From NCBI RefSeq assembly GCF_018350175.1, contig NC_058368.1, forward strand, positions 104,906,001-104,970,000: DNA of 64,000 bases, in the 5' to 3' direction. The notes under the pieces were generated by a model. That model saw only the letters and a list, made by a program, of their open reading frames with translations, was not told the origin of the DNA and made no database searches. Below are positions 40,749 to 54,700 of the stretch, piece by piece (position 1 is the stretch's first letter; every line of letters starts with the position of its first letter). The position numbers and the translations under genes were made by a program. The DNA comes from Felis catus (lineage: Eukaryota).

Positions 40749-42392
40749 TAGTATTAGGAAATCTGTTGGTTTCTAGTGTGGATTAAAGAGGAGGGGACGG
40801 AAAGGCTGTGATAGGAAAGTGCAGACGAGCCGAGAGGGAGAACATACAGAGCAAATAGCAAACCTAGAATCAAACCACTTGACAGTTCCTGCTTTCTCTC
40901 TGCTGTGGTCCTGGTCCTGTAGGAAATAAATGCCGGGAAGATAAAGTCAAAACCACGGTTACAATTAAGAAGATACCCATCCAGGAAGAGCCAGTCAGTC
41001 GAAAAAATGTGTTGACGCCTAATAACCAAGAGTAGAGCCAGTACAGACATACTTCTCTGATGAATTTTATATCAGTTCATGTTATGTGAGGAAAACTAAC
41101 ATGGTCTGTACCATGCCTGGACAAAAGCCCGTGTAAGCATGGACTATCCTTATTCAGAGATTAACCTGTCAAGTTCAGAAATCTTAGGTTTTGTGTTAAA
41201 AGTATTAAAATGTCTTTTTTGTGTGTGAATTGACGTGGTGGTGGTAGGTGGTCTGTCTTTGTAAAATAGAGTGGCGGTTCCCACATTCTGTTTTGAGATT
41301 TTTGCTGGTAAAAGGTATTCAAGTATCTTGGAATCACAATTCTTGAGCTCTTTTTTAGTCAAAATGGCAGCCACATGAGATTGGTTATTTTAGCAGCTAC
41401 CTGGAGAGGGATCCTCAGTGATTGTCCATGAATGTGTGGTGGGGAGTACCCTTGGAGTTCTTGAAGGATAGTATATGGGAGAGGAGGAGGACCCAAAGTT
41501 TCCCTGGCCAATAGCACTCTTGAAAGAAATGCAGGAGGTTTCCAAGGGCGTGATCTTGGTTGCAGTTTTAGCCACATCCCTGTTGACATGCTCAAGAGCC
41601 TGATGGAATTGTAGATAACAAAGAGGACCTTGTAGTTCTTCTAATGCGTCTTCACCAGCATCTCCAAGGGACTTTTACCTTCAGTGAATCTCATTTTCAG
41701 CAAGTGCTTGCCTAACAGTCACTACAGTTATACACAAGTTACTGATGAGTATGCCAAATAAATAGTGTGATTTAATGTTGTTATTTTGAAACCAGATTTT
41801 AGGATATGAATACTAAGAATGTAATGTCTGATCATTTTAATCCTCAGCAAAACTTATTCTATATTTTACTTTGCTGTTTCTTTAAATATGTAAATAGAAG
41901 TTACCTAATTCATTTTCTCTTCCATCACACTTTATTAGATCTACATACTTTTAAAAATAGTGACCTTTTTTTGCTGTATATATCCTCTTGTTATTCAGGC
42001 TTATGATTTCATGGCATCTGGTGGTTGCATAATTCTAGTTATCTAAAATGCTGGTAGTGTTACAGATGACTTAAGGCAATTATAAAATGTATTTTTATAA
42101 TTTATGAGTAACTTTAAATAGAAGAAAGTTTTCTTGAAGTGTTTTTTAAAGACTGATTATCAAAAATGAGAAGATTTATTTCCTCTGAGCTTAATTTGCT
42201 ATTAACTTTGCAAATCAGCTACGTATTAACGATGGAGATGGTAATGTAAAATTTCTCATATTTTACCAAGTGTCCTCCCTCCTCTTGGAATTAAGCTAAT
42301 AGGTAATTTTATGTATTATTCTTATGGATTGTTTTCTTGAAAATTGATTAGAAAAACATTTCCTGTTTGAACGATAATAGTTTTTGGGTTAG

Positions 42393-42623
<231 letters not shown>

Positions 42624-44099
42624 TAACAATAAAAGCTTTTGTTAGATTTTTCACTGGATATACATTTTTGATTTTGCTTCTTAATTCTTTCCCCTTTCAG
42701 CTTTTTCTCTTTGCTTTCCAATTTCTTTCAGGTTGAGTACCTTCCTCGTTTTCCAGCTGTCTTTGAAAAGATAATACTTGGCAACCTTAATCATTAATTT
42801 CCTCTTTTGTTTTTATGATTGTGCTGTGCTACTAACAACAGAAAAACGATTTACCAGTTCTGGTTTTATATCCACTTTTCGTTATCTACCATTTTGGTTC
42901 CCTTAATTATTCCTGTCTGTTGCCTTGATCTTCCTTTTTAGTTCATCTTTTCTAACAAGTTCCTGGAACTCAGGAAACCCACTTTTTCTCCATTATGGAT
43001 TTATTATAAAAGGATCTAACTCCAGAATGACTAGATGGAAGAACTGCATGGGGCAGGGGGACAGAGGTCCCATGCTGGCTGGACCCTCCACTTTTCCAGA
43101 TTTGTCATGTTGACTCAGAAGCTCTCCCAACCCCATCCTTGTGGGTTTTTATGGCGAGTATGTTATGGAGGCATGTTACCAAGCCCATAGGTTCGGGCTT
43201 TCAACCTGATTAACAAAAGATATCTTTGTGGTTCTCAGTCCTTAAGAAATTACAAGGATGGTAGGAGCACTGTGCCAAAAACTGGGGTCCAAGATCCAAT
43301 ATGTATTTCTTACTATAAACCACAGTATTACATGTCCACCGCCTGGTCTTCAAACACAAATTCCTTATAGCAAAACCACCACAAAGGTTTAAGACAACTT
43401 GCACATTACTAGAGTCCCATTCAGTAATAATTAACTATCTAGTGTGTCATCACATCCTGTCAAAATGTCCACAGGGAGAGGCCACTCAGGTTTGTAGGCT
43501 TCTGTCGGCTTCCTAAACCGGGTGTGGTGGCCTTACCCTTCCAGGCCTGTGGTATAATGGAGCTCAGAGCCAGTGTTAGCTCTTGCCCTGGCCTTTTGAG
43601 GTGTTAGCATAATGTTTGGTTTCCCTCATTGTATAACCCATTAATTCGTTCCTTTACTCATAGCTACTATTTACCCTGTTTTCCTTTTCATACTCAAACT
43701 TTTTCCCTTGCGTCTGCTGGCATGCTTTGGAGGCGGCCGTAGTAGTCTAGCAAGTACATCCCCACTCAGTCCACTTGTATTCAGACAAGGTGAGGTTACA
43801 GAGGTGCAGAGATCTTGCAGATTTGCTTCCAGACCTGAGATACACTATATTGTTAAACATACAATAGCATTATTTTTTTCCCATGTTGATAAAATAGTAT
43901 TTATTCTCTCATAAAACTGGCAAGTTTAATTTTCTACTTAGTGATTTTTTTTTTCTGGAATTATTCCTCCCATTGCTTCCGGTCTTATTTGCCTCTATCC
44001 CAAATTAGCATTATATTTAAAAAAACAATATGACGTTTATACCTCAATTAAAAAATACATGACTGCTAAAAAAATTCATTTGGGCACCGAGCAAGTTGT

Positions 44100-44297
44100 A
44101 ATTATCGATCACAGATCACAAATAATGAAAAAGTTGGAAACATTGTGAGAATTACGTATTTAGGAGACAGAATGACAAACGCTGTTGGAAAAGTGGCACC
44201 AATACACTTGCTTACTGTTGCCACAAACCTTCCATTTGTAAAAAGTGCAGTACCAGCAACACGCGGTAAAGCGAGATGCAACAAAATGACGCCTCCC
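44100..44297 (-). mobile_element. Tigger1 terminal fragment nested in the ERV
   Basis: gctgttggaaaagtggcaccaatacacttgctt...gttgccacaaaccttccatttgtaaaaagtgcagta matches the recalled Tigger1 end. Confidence 0.78.
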
Positions 44298-47200
44298 TAT
44301 GGTGGGCTGTCTCCACCACTGGTACGTGTAGCCACACTCCCTGTCACCCAGTTTTGCCACAGACAGTGCGGGCACATCCTGCCCCGTAGGCCCTTAGGAA
44401 CTTTGTAATGTCAAGTTTGAAACCATACCTAGAGTTTCTTGCTTAGGAGTCATCCCTGTTTCCACGTCTGTGTTTGCAACATCGAACAGGGGAATGAAAA
44501 GTTGAAGTGATCTAAGGAAGAAAGAACAAGTCATTATACCAGGGTCACCCTCCCTTGGCCAGAATTGCAGCGTGAGACCATCATCCTCGTCTGCCCCCTG
44601 CCCCACATCCACAGGAAAAGAGAGCTTTTCATCTCTTTCATCCCACTCACGCTCAGTGCCACACTCATGTGAGCCGGCACCTAAATGCCTACACCTGCAG
44701 CTTTTCAGACAACTGTGTTTCTGTTGCCCATTTCTGTTCTGGACCAAACTCGTTCTCGAAGGAGGTTATCTCTGTCCATCGTGTCCATTGCTAGACACGG
44801 GCTGTCAGGTGTGTTCCTTGCTCTGGAGAAACGCTCAGCCATCCATATTGGCACAGTATCTTCTATTCAGGTTCTGTTAGGCTGTCTGAACATTTGCACC
44901 TACCCCTTAGTAAGGAAAGCTCCATCCAAAGTCAACGTCTGTTCCTGCCAAGGCTCATCTGTAGCCCCCAGAGCTGTCGCCATCAGTCTCCTTCGTCGTC
45001 TGTGTTTATGGTCTTCCCAGCAGGGAACGTGCTGCATAACCATTTGCATGCTTTCTGTCTCCGGTTGGGAGACAGTTCATATTAGCATTTTTTTGTCTCA
45101 GAGAATGCAAGAGGACTCTGTCTAGATTCAGCCTACCTCTGTATTTATTCACTCATTTTGTAGACCCAGGTAGCCATCTAAAACAGGGGTATCTGTTTGT
45201 CCATTCCACTCACCTTCCAAACCTGGAAGTAGTTCTGATGGGATCCTGTCCTGCTTCATTGCACCCCTCAGATTCATTTCCACAGGGCTGTGCCCCACAT
45301 GGGCAACCTTTTAATAGGTAACATATCCAATGTGCCTTCCTGCCCCACCATATGGTCAGACCATTGGCCACTGCCCTGAGTCAGTAAAAACTGAAACAGG
45401 AAAAAAAAAAAAAAAAAAAAAAAAACACTGGTAAAACCCCCAATCATGCTGAGAAAATAGTGTGCATTTTAGCCCATGGAGCTGATTCCTTTTTACCTTC
45501 TTCTGTCCAAGTGATGGCCTTCCAGGTAGACTGTCCCCTCACCTGTGGAACTGCCATCCATGGACCAAGCAGTTAGCTCTTTGCTCTTCAGCTGAGAGTT
45601 GTTCATTGGGCACGGTCTACATGGCAGTTGGTTCTCACAGCTTTTCCCATGGCTCCAAAGTGAGTCCTAGAGGAAAAGAGGGGCCCTGGTCATGACTGTC
45701 TCCCTAGGCATCATGATCCTGTATGTAAACCATTTCCATATTGGGAACTTTTCCTGGACACTGCCGTCCTATTAAGGGATTCTGCAATATCATCCTAGAC
45801 GTTATGCGTATTTCACATTTCAAAATCATTTTATGTCCTTCAGTGAACGGGGTAGCTTTAACTAATAGTCTGGTAGCAAGGTAGTAAATGCCCCTCAGAT
45901 GGAAACCTGCTACTCCCGAGTCCCAGGAAATGTCGCTGGATGGCACTCAGATTTCTGCCATAAGCCTCAGTCTGAGCTCCGCATCGGACTGGCACAGAGT
46001 TTGTCACTGCCAGCTCACAGCTTCTGCCTCACACAGTGTGGGCTCAGCCAGTCCTAGTGGTTACTGTATAGCATGGCCAATAAATGATACTTGAAGGGTG
46101 AATTTACAGCCCTTCACTAGGCTGAGGAAGCTTTCCACAGTGATTACAGTGTCCATGCCCAAAATGCAATCAGATAAAAAAAAAAACACTTCACATAAAG
46201 CTTGTTCAAACCTAACGGTTTCCTTACACATTGGTACTTCGATCTGTACTTTTATCCCCCTAACGCTAGACTCTGTTTGGAGCTTATCCACAGGATATGG
46301 TTTTACAATAATAGGCAGGGCACCTATTCCCCAAACAGACATGATCACCATTTGCACATAAAATCCAAGTCAAGGAGACACCTTCACATAAAACTTGCTG
46401 AAACAATTCAGCTTCCATAACCCAATCAACCGTTCCATTTTCACTTTCTAATTGTAGCTCTCATCACGGCTTCACCAGTAGGCCTGGTAGTGCAGCTCAA
46501 GGGACTTGAAACCTCTCTTCTCCACTCTTGGCCATTGTCTCTGCTTGTGTGCACAGGTCTTTGTGTTTCCAGCAAGAGGGACAAGGGATAGGTCTTCCCT
46601 CTCCGTTGACCACCTTCTTAGTGACCAGAGGTCTGAGAGGTTCTTTGTGTTGTCCGTGCATAACTTGTACCTTGGAGAGGGTGGCCTTGAGGCTAGTGGC
46701 ATAAGCGAAGCCAGACAAGTTGAGTTGGGCCCAGCATCAAGGCTGGACTCACCATTTTCTTTTAGAGTGTAGCTGTGGTAGAGAACAACCACCAAGGGAC
46801 TCTTGTGCCTTTTTGTTAATAGTTTGCATTTCTTTGGGTTTCCAAGAAATCAGCTTCCCAGGAGTTGGATCCGTCTCTAATTTTCACTGGTAACTTGACC
46901 TTTTAGTAACCGAGTACATCCCAGATGCTGTTCTATGCAAGTGGTGGCCGCCCCGCAACCAGACGGTCTTCCTCCCTCATTTTTCATCTTTGTTCTTGGC
47001 AAGCTACATGTTTCCATGAGCCACGGCTGTGCAAGCCAGCTACCCCTTCTGACACCTACTAACTAGGTCTCCTACCCATTTCTAGTGTGTGGGAGGGGTT
47101 TTTCCACACCACCCAGCAATTCTAGGCTACCAGCTGGTATCATACATTGCAGCTCCGTTCTGACACCGTCTTCCTGGAGATAGTGTCAGATCCTATAGGG

Positions 47201-47630
47201 TAAGGCCTCGGTCCTACAAGACAGCCCCTCCCCAACCTCACACACCAGGGCCAAGTCCAGGTGATCACCTCTGCTTCTGGCCCCACTGCCACACGTTGGT
47301 TCTCATAACACCTTCCTTCTCAGGAAGCCTGGTGACTCACTAGATGGCTTGCCTGTTACGAAAGGATACAAGTCAGAAACAGCCAGATGGATGAGAGGCA
47401 GAGGACAAGGTACTGGGAGAGGGTGCAGCGCTTCCATGCCCTCTCCCAGCCCGCCCCTCTCCCTTGATCTCCACATGTTCGCCAGTCTGGAAGCTCTCCC
47501 AGCCCCATCCTTCTGGGTTTTTATGGAGTCCATTCGATAAGCATGATTGGTACATCGGGCCCGTGGTTACTTGGTCACCTTGCAGCCTCCCTCCCTCCCC
47601 TGAGTTGGGAGGGGATGGGATGACCAAGCA

Positions 47631-47932
47631 CAGTTGACCCGTGAACACCATGGGTTTGAACCGCACAGGTCACTTACATGCAGACTTTCTACAGTACTTA
47701 TTTTCTCTATGATTTTCTTAACATTTTTTTCTGTAGCTTAGCTTATTGTAAGCATATGTTATATATATAAGGTACAAAGTGGGTCTTAATTGACTCTGTT
47801 ATTACAAAGGCTTCTGCTCAACAGTAGGCTATTTAGTAGTGAAGTTTTTGGGGAATCACAAGTTATATGTGGGTGTTCAACTATACCAGGTGGTCACTGT
47901 CCCTAACCCCTGCATTGTTCAGTGGTCACGTG
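47631..47932 (+). mobile_element. Tigger2a-like MITE nested in the ERV 5' LTR
   Basis: TIRs cagttgacccgtgaaca and tgttcagtggtcacgtg, followed by TA. Confidence 0.82.
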
Positions 47933-48663
47933 TAAGTATATTTTTTATTGTAAGTCCCGGTATCACCGATATTCTAGCCTAGCCACAATAGGTTTATGCC
48001 AGAAACGGTCTGATGGTTCAAGCAACAGCTCATCAACTCACACAGTTCAAAACCTATTGAAGAAGAAAAAAGTATTTCTACAGAACTGACATGTATTTGC
48101 TACAAATAACCACAGCGATAACCTGTTAGCAAATTGGGATGAGAAGGGTATGTGTGTACTGACAGAGCAAAAATCAGACCTGCTGATAAAATGTTAGATC
48201 CTCAGACATGCCCCAGACTAGACACTTTAGAAGTGAAACGTGTAAATGAAAATTTCACATGGTGGAAAGGTTCCGAAGAGCACACTGATGAGCGAGGGAC
48301 TGTGGAAAAGGACGGGAAGGTGCGCTCTCTCACCACTCAGCTTGTTTACCTGGACCAACACACTGACTGGCACTGAGACCTCAACCCTTGGACACTGAGC
48401 TCTGTTAGAGGGAGTCGTTCGATTAGGGCTGACGTGACATGTGAGCAAGAGAATGAGCTTACTGTGGACAGTAAACACAGGAGGTGTGTGCAGCATTGTT
48501 CTAGGTTCTTCTGTAGCCTGGTCACTTCCTGTAGCTGCTCGCATAGCTTCTCCGGGTTTGTCCTCATCTGTAGCAAAAGTAATGAGAGACTTTGGAATGT
48601 CAGAGCTAGGTCCAATCGTTTTTAAAATGTATTATAAATCTGATAAATTTCCTTTTTCCATAG

Positions 48664-48873
<210 letters not shown>

Positions 48874-50384
48874 GGGAACGCTCGCCCCGGGCACGGAGAC
48901 TCCTTCGCTTGGGGCCTGGCGGTATTTAGACCTTGTACCTCCCCTAAGTGGACAGCTTCAGTGAACGCAGCCGTCTTGATAGTTTGCCTGTGCGCTGCGG
49001 TTGTTCTTTTTTAGAAAGGCACGGGGTCATTCCAGTAGATGAAAAGAAACAGATCCTTTCTTTGATCGTGTCATTTCGTGTACCACAGTTCTTAAAAAAG
49101 AAAATCTATAAATATTTTTATAAGATACTTTGATATACCAAATTTATAAGGTGCAAATTCATGTGCCTACTACATTTAACTTAATGATATGTACTTGATT
49201 TTTCTCGTTAAGAAGACCTAACTCATTAAAGAACGTGTCATTGTTTCTTCTATTTCAAGATTAATCTCTTCCTTCTTAGTTTTTGATGCTTCTTGTGTGT
49301 GCAGGTGATCTCAGGTCAGACACTGAGCCATGTGCTCGTAGTTGACCCTCAGACACCTTCTTGCAGGGAGATGGTTTGCATTTCTGTGCATATTTTTTAC
49401 ATGGGCCAAAATAATGAAATTGATAATTTTGTTGGTGTTATCATGTACACACATACATAGTCTAAAAAAGGAAAGATTTTTTTCAAAGTAAGTTTTGGCA
49501 TTTCACAGATATATACTGTCAAACGTTGGCGTGATGGGTTTTGTTTGCCGTGGCTGTGGGACAACTAAGTGGCACATGATTCAAGTGTATTTTACATCAG
49601 AAACATTTGGGTTATTTTCATGTAATACTATTCAGTATTTCCAAGTAAACTCTGATGTTGGCCTTTATTTCTCTTTCCACTCGTGTTTTCTCAGCCGTTG
49701 TAGAGAAATTGTTCAGAGGAATTGCTTTGTTATTTATGGGATTGTACGCCTCTTATTTTAATTAAGGTTACTTAATGTTTAGTTTGCCTTAAACACTGCT
49801 TTTCTAACCTGGTGCCATTCTGCCTTTACTCTTTATGGAAGTTTTCAGTGAAACTATTTAATACTCATTCTGGTTTATCTACTTCATTGTGTTTGTATTT
49901 AGTGAAAGCTTCTTTTTCCCCCAAATAATATATTTTACCGTTTTTGAATTTCTATAAATCAAAATTTAAATAGTTTTGTCTTATACTTTTGGACTCTATA
50001 TATGCAAGTTCATATAACTTTTTTGAAGACAGTTTCTTACCTAAGTGTAATTTAATTTTTATTTACTCGTCTATACAAGTCTTTAGATGGACCAGAATTA
50101 GCACAATCTTATAAAGGGTATCAAAGCTCTTACCCTGCACTGTCATTACATGTACCGGTTTCTTTGTATTGAGTACTTAATTGATCCGTGCTATTTTTTA
50201 CCTGAGGATGAGAAGCATTAATTTCACAACTGTGGTTTGGTGAAATTCAGACTTGTCATTAAAAGTAATGAGAGAGAGAAAAGACTTGTAACCAGCTGCT
50301 GTGGCATAATAGGGATCGAATACTTTTCTCTCCTCTTTTATTGCTATTTGTGGAACAGTCTATCTATGTTTCCTCCATCTTGTT

Positions 50385-50390
50385 AATAAA
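50385..50390 (+). terminator. candidate proximal polyadenylation signal AATAAA
   Basis: AATAAA followed by T-rich downstream sequence. Confidence 0.5.
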
Positions 50391-51741
50391 AAAGAGCTTT
50401 TCTCTACCATGTACTTTTCTCCTTTATTTTTAAAAAGGTACTCTTAGCTAACAGTATTTTATTGCGGCATTGGCCTGAGGAGAAAACACAGTTAGGGATG
50501 AAGGGTGCCCCTACCATATTTCTGCCGCTTTCCCTCCTGTTATAGCGAATTTTATAGATCCTAAGGAATGTCTGTTTTATTTTAGCAAGTCGCAAATATT
50601 TTATGTTTTTAAGGACACAACAACGGACCTCCCTCAGATGACAGTTTTCCCACATTTCTCCAGTTACTCACTTCTTCTGCCACTTGGGTGAAGGAAGCCA
50701 AGTGATCTCCTCGCTCCTGCCAATTTGCTGAGCCTTCCGTTCTCTGGATCCGGGAAGGGCACATGTGATCTGGTTCCGGCCTCTGGATTCCTTTCTCGGC
50801 CATTGAAAGGCGTCTGAGCGTGACTGCCTGCACACATGCTGTATTCCCAACCTCAGGCTTGTTTTTTCATTGTTAGCTTTCTTTGTTGTACTCGGGGCGA
50901 GAACAGTAACGTGTGATCTTGTTCACGCCCTGGCAGCGGCAGGCAGGCAGGGTTTCCTTGTGCTGGCATGAGATAACTCAGGTCATCCGTCAGCCCAGGG
51001 GTCTTTGCTTTTTTGTCCCTCAAGCTTCTCAGGAAAACCAGACTTTAACACGGCCCTTTACTTCTGGCCACAGTACGTTTTTCTTCTGAAGTGCTCAAGT
51101 AATTACTTAACTGAATTCTCTCAGCTTGTACACTTTTAATTAAGTAGTGTCAAAGACGACAGGAAAAATGCAGGAAGAGTCATGTAACCTCAGTTGACAG
51201 AAGGTTCTCAGATGGTTCAGTTCAAGACCCTCCTCTTAATAAGCTTGTCACGTAACCCCAGACCCAGAGCTTTGCCGCGGACTCGTGCAGTTGGAAAGCT
51301 TCAGGTAGTCTTTGTAGTTTTCCCCTCCTGGTCTCTTTACTACTTCTCCACTCTCTGTTCCTTTTTATCTCAAGGATTAATGAGGTAGAAAATCGAGATG
51401 ACTGAATATACAGCCAAATGGTAGTGCAATTCTAAGTTTAAGGAAAGTATTATATGCATGTATTCGAAAATTACGCAAATTCGTGATATACTCAGGGTCA
51501 GCTAAATTACTTTAATATGTTGTTAAATTTACTTTGTTCCTCAACTACAAAAAACCCGAAACCGGTATATGTGTTCTCTGAAGCCAAATTGGTATTTTGT
51601 GACCCAAGAGATGTTGGGTTATGTATAAATTATTTAAAAACTTGGATTTTTTACTCCCAGAATATGATGTTCATTCTTCAGATACTATGCAGGATGACAT
51701 ATTGGATAAAAACAATTTTGTAAGTATGTAAATATGTCATA

Positions 51742-51747
51742 AATAAA
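51742..51747 (+). terminator. candidate distal polyadenylation signal AATAAA
   Basis: AATAAA with upstream TGTA and a downstream GT/T-rich tract (ggtgtatagtgatttttttttt). Confidence 0.6.
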
Positions 51748-54700
51748 TAATACCTCAATTTATTGCCCTAAGGTGTATAGTGATTTTTTTTTTAATGCTA
51801 AGTCATATTAACGTATTAGGAGGACCTACATTCCTTCGTGTAAACTAGCTACTGGCTGTCAAGAATTCTTACACGGTAGCAACTTAAAACACATCTTCCC
51901 AGTTCAATGGTAGCATTCAGATGTACTAGAAATGCTGATTTCAAGTTCAGAGAACTCAGAATATTAAGGGGAGAGGATATTCTAGAGATAGAGTCGATGG
52001 GCAAGAAGTTAATGGCCTGCATTCCTGAGATCTCTTGACTAGGGGGTTAATTTACCCTTAACCTCCACAAACACCTTTTTTAAAAACACAACAAAACCAC
52101 CTTGTTACATGCTATTCTGAGCCTGTGATCTCAGGGCAGAGTTTTTTGATTTGGTAGGCAAGGGTGTACTTTACAAAAGACAACGAAATGTTCATGTGGG
52201 TGTTTTGTTTGTTTGCCAAAGGAAAACAATATTGTTTGCAGAAGACTAGAAAAACACCCATTTGGAACCTAGGAAAGGTCCTGTTAAATTTATAATCTGT
52301 TTCAGAATTAACTGGAGGAGAAGTTTGGGCAAGAGAAACTTACACATGAAGGGTATCTTTGAAATTCTCTTTAATGTGAACGCATGTGAAGTAATTTAAA
52401 GCTGAGAGAAAACCAGGAACCGACAGTTACGTGATAAATGCATACTGCTGGTTAGTGCAGTAGACACGTATTTTTATAGGTGATGGAAGTGAAACGGAAT
52501 CAGCTGTTCCATCAGTATCATCCCAGCAAGTGAGTTACAGAGAAGGGAGTCACATGGAGGGTGTTACCAAACCCTTCTCTTCCAAAGCATCCTGTGTATT
52601 TGCTTCACTAAGTGGGCACACAGCTAATCTTTTAAATGTTTGTCGAATGCAACTTCATACCTTGAGACTCTGCCCTGGTGTACTTTTAGTTTTACAATAT
52701 TATGTTTAAGAAACACTCTTCATATTTTTTCCTTTTAGTTTCAAGTGCTACCTGGGGCTTCCCAACGGGTATGAGAATGTATCTGTGATAATTGAATATT
52801 CTCCCAAATGCAACAATCCAGAAACTAGGCTCACATTTGAGTATCATTTTTAGGATTAGAGCCAGAAATGTCCTTACTGTCTAGTCTTCAGGCAAGGTAC
52901 TGACCACATACCTTTCAAAATGTATTTTAATATTTTCAGTCCTCCTGCTCCAAGGGCCACACTTTGAGAACCACTGCTGTGATAGCATTCCTGACTCATT
53001 CTTAATGTCCTAAGTTATTTTAGAGGGTGAGGTCACCAAGATAGCAGCATAGGTCGTTCCTAACTTCCCCGTTCCTCTCAGAACAGCAATTAACAACTAT
53101 TCGTGGAACAGATACCACTGAGAGGATCAGAACAAGGTTGTGAGGTTGATGTACCCCTCCGCCATAGAGACTAGGACCTACCATGTGAAAAGGGCAGGAG
53201 GAGCAGCGACGGTATGGGACTCTGTTGCCGCACCACCAGGCCGGCACAGCACCACACCGAGAAAGCCTCCCTGAGCCTCTTGTCCCTCCGTGGGGAACAG
53301 AACCCAGGCTGGACATCCAGCTCCCCCAACATTATGGGTTACTTCTTGGGAGCTCCTACTCTAGTTTTGAATCCTAGGTACTGTGGGCGAATCTGCAGGA
53401 CTTGAGCACAGTGAATTTGATGATGACGGAAAAATAAGCAGAGGCTTTCAACAACCAGCACTGGCACCTTGGCCAACCCATTTCCTCCCTGCAGCCCCCA
53501 AGCAGTGGTCCCAACAAGTGGTTTTGCTCATCTGCAGCACCAAGGATGTGGCACAGTCTGATGAGGGAACTCAGCAGGGAGCAGGTCAGCCTGCTTTCAG
53601 TCCTATAAATCAACGGCCTCACCAGACCTGGATCCTGGTCTGCACCCACCCAGGCAGTGGAACTGAATCAGAGCCCAGCCCTCTGCTGAGTGTGACTCTT
53701 ATTAGCCCCATATGACCCAGAAAGGCTAGCAGAAACCCCTGGAAACTGCATAGCCTGGCAGTGCTCGTGCAAGGAGTATGGTAGGCAGAGCTGATCATCC
53801 ACAAAATGAAGTCAGTGCCAGGTGACCCAGTCAGAGGTGCTAATTCATACCCCACTCACCATTAAGTAAAAACTCCCACCACCACCACCAAGCCAGAAAG
53901 CCTGGCTCAACCACCTGCAAAGCTAAGTAGCCTATCAATTCTTGAGCAGAGAATGTAGAAGGCAGAGCTGACAGTCTGCGGAGCAAGGCTAGTAACCCTG
54001 GTCAGGTAGGGAAATTGAGGCAGAGAATGGTTTAAGACAAGACTATAAATAAAGAGCCTTACCACCCACCTTGGAGCTGGTTCTCCCAATGTGCTCTGAC
54101 AGAGAAACTAATTCATAGCCTCACTCAATGCTGAATAAAGCCTCAGCCTGCCTTCCCAGAGAAGTTAGCCAGAGCACATGTAGTCCATCCAATAGCTCAC
54201 GAGTTTACCCATTTATAAAGAACAAAACCAGGGGCCTTGTTTGGCCAGGAAATACATTGTGTACTCTTGTGTGATTCAGGTGCCCAATCAATGAACCATG
54301 CATGTCCTGGGTTCTGCCCTGCTGCCCTGCCAGGGCACAGAAGCTAATTCCCCACGCTGCTTAGTATCCAGTCCCAACCATCTAGTATGCCTGACCAGAG
54401 AATCCTACCACTTCACTTGGGCAAGGAATCAAACCAGGAGTTCAGTCCAACCACTCTCAAAGCCACACCCCACCTCCCAACCCAGACCAGAGCTTGGGCA
54501 GTGGCCTCAACCCACAATAGACCCTGCAAGCAAACCTCACCAGCCCAACGATGCGCCTAGCAGATACTTCCTACCATATTGAGCTTCCTGGGGAAAAACT
54601 GTCTATGCCTAATCGAATCTGTAAAGTAGAGAAGAGGAACTGCTTATTTAAATGTGCAAATACTAACATCAAGAATTCAGGATCATTAAAAATAAGAGAG

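Larger units (their letters stand above)
42960..47967 (-). mobile_element. ERV-L-class proviral remnant (MER21-like LTRs plus decayed pro-pol) in intron 8
   Basis: Two same-orientation LTRs (~42960-43332 and ~47087-47967). Minus-strand decayed motifs DCILGMD (protease), AWSMDGSS and VFTDS/AVANGLTIW (RNase H), EQGTHLTA and LVQNRNG (integrase). PBS-like and PPT-like sequences. Confidence 0.82.
48874..51770 (+). other. PRRC1: PRRC1 3'UTR (end inferred)
   Basis: T-rich sequence after the stop codon, with no SINE recognised, containing two AATAAA hexamers. Confidence 0.6.

Noticed and set aside
41340..41640. Purine-rich unique stretch in intron 7 with acceptor-like ttttagcag
   Set aside because: All three frames close quickly and no good donor follows. 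There is no support for a coding cassette exon.
44394..46795. ORFs of 100-146 aa inside the ERV as a domesticated retroviral gene
   Set aside because: Catalytic motifs are mutated and interrupted by stops, frameshifts and a poly(A) run at 45401-45425. The longest ORFs are mostly off-frame or antisense to pol.
49785..51430. miRNA seed matches in the 3'UTR (TGCCTTA 49785, GTGCCAT 49812, GTGCAAT 51424)
   Set aside because: Isolated 7-mers are expected by chance in ~3 kb, and conservation cannot be assessed from this window.
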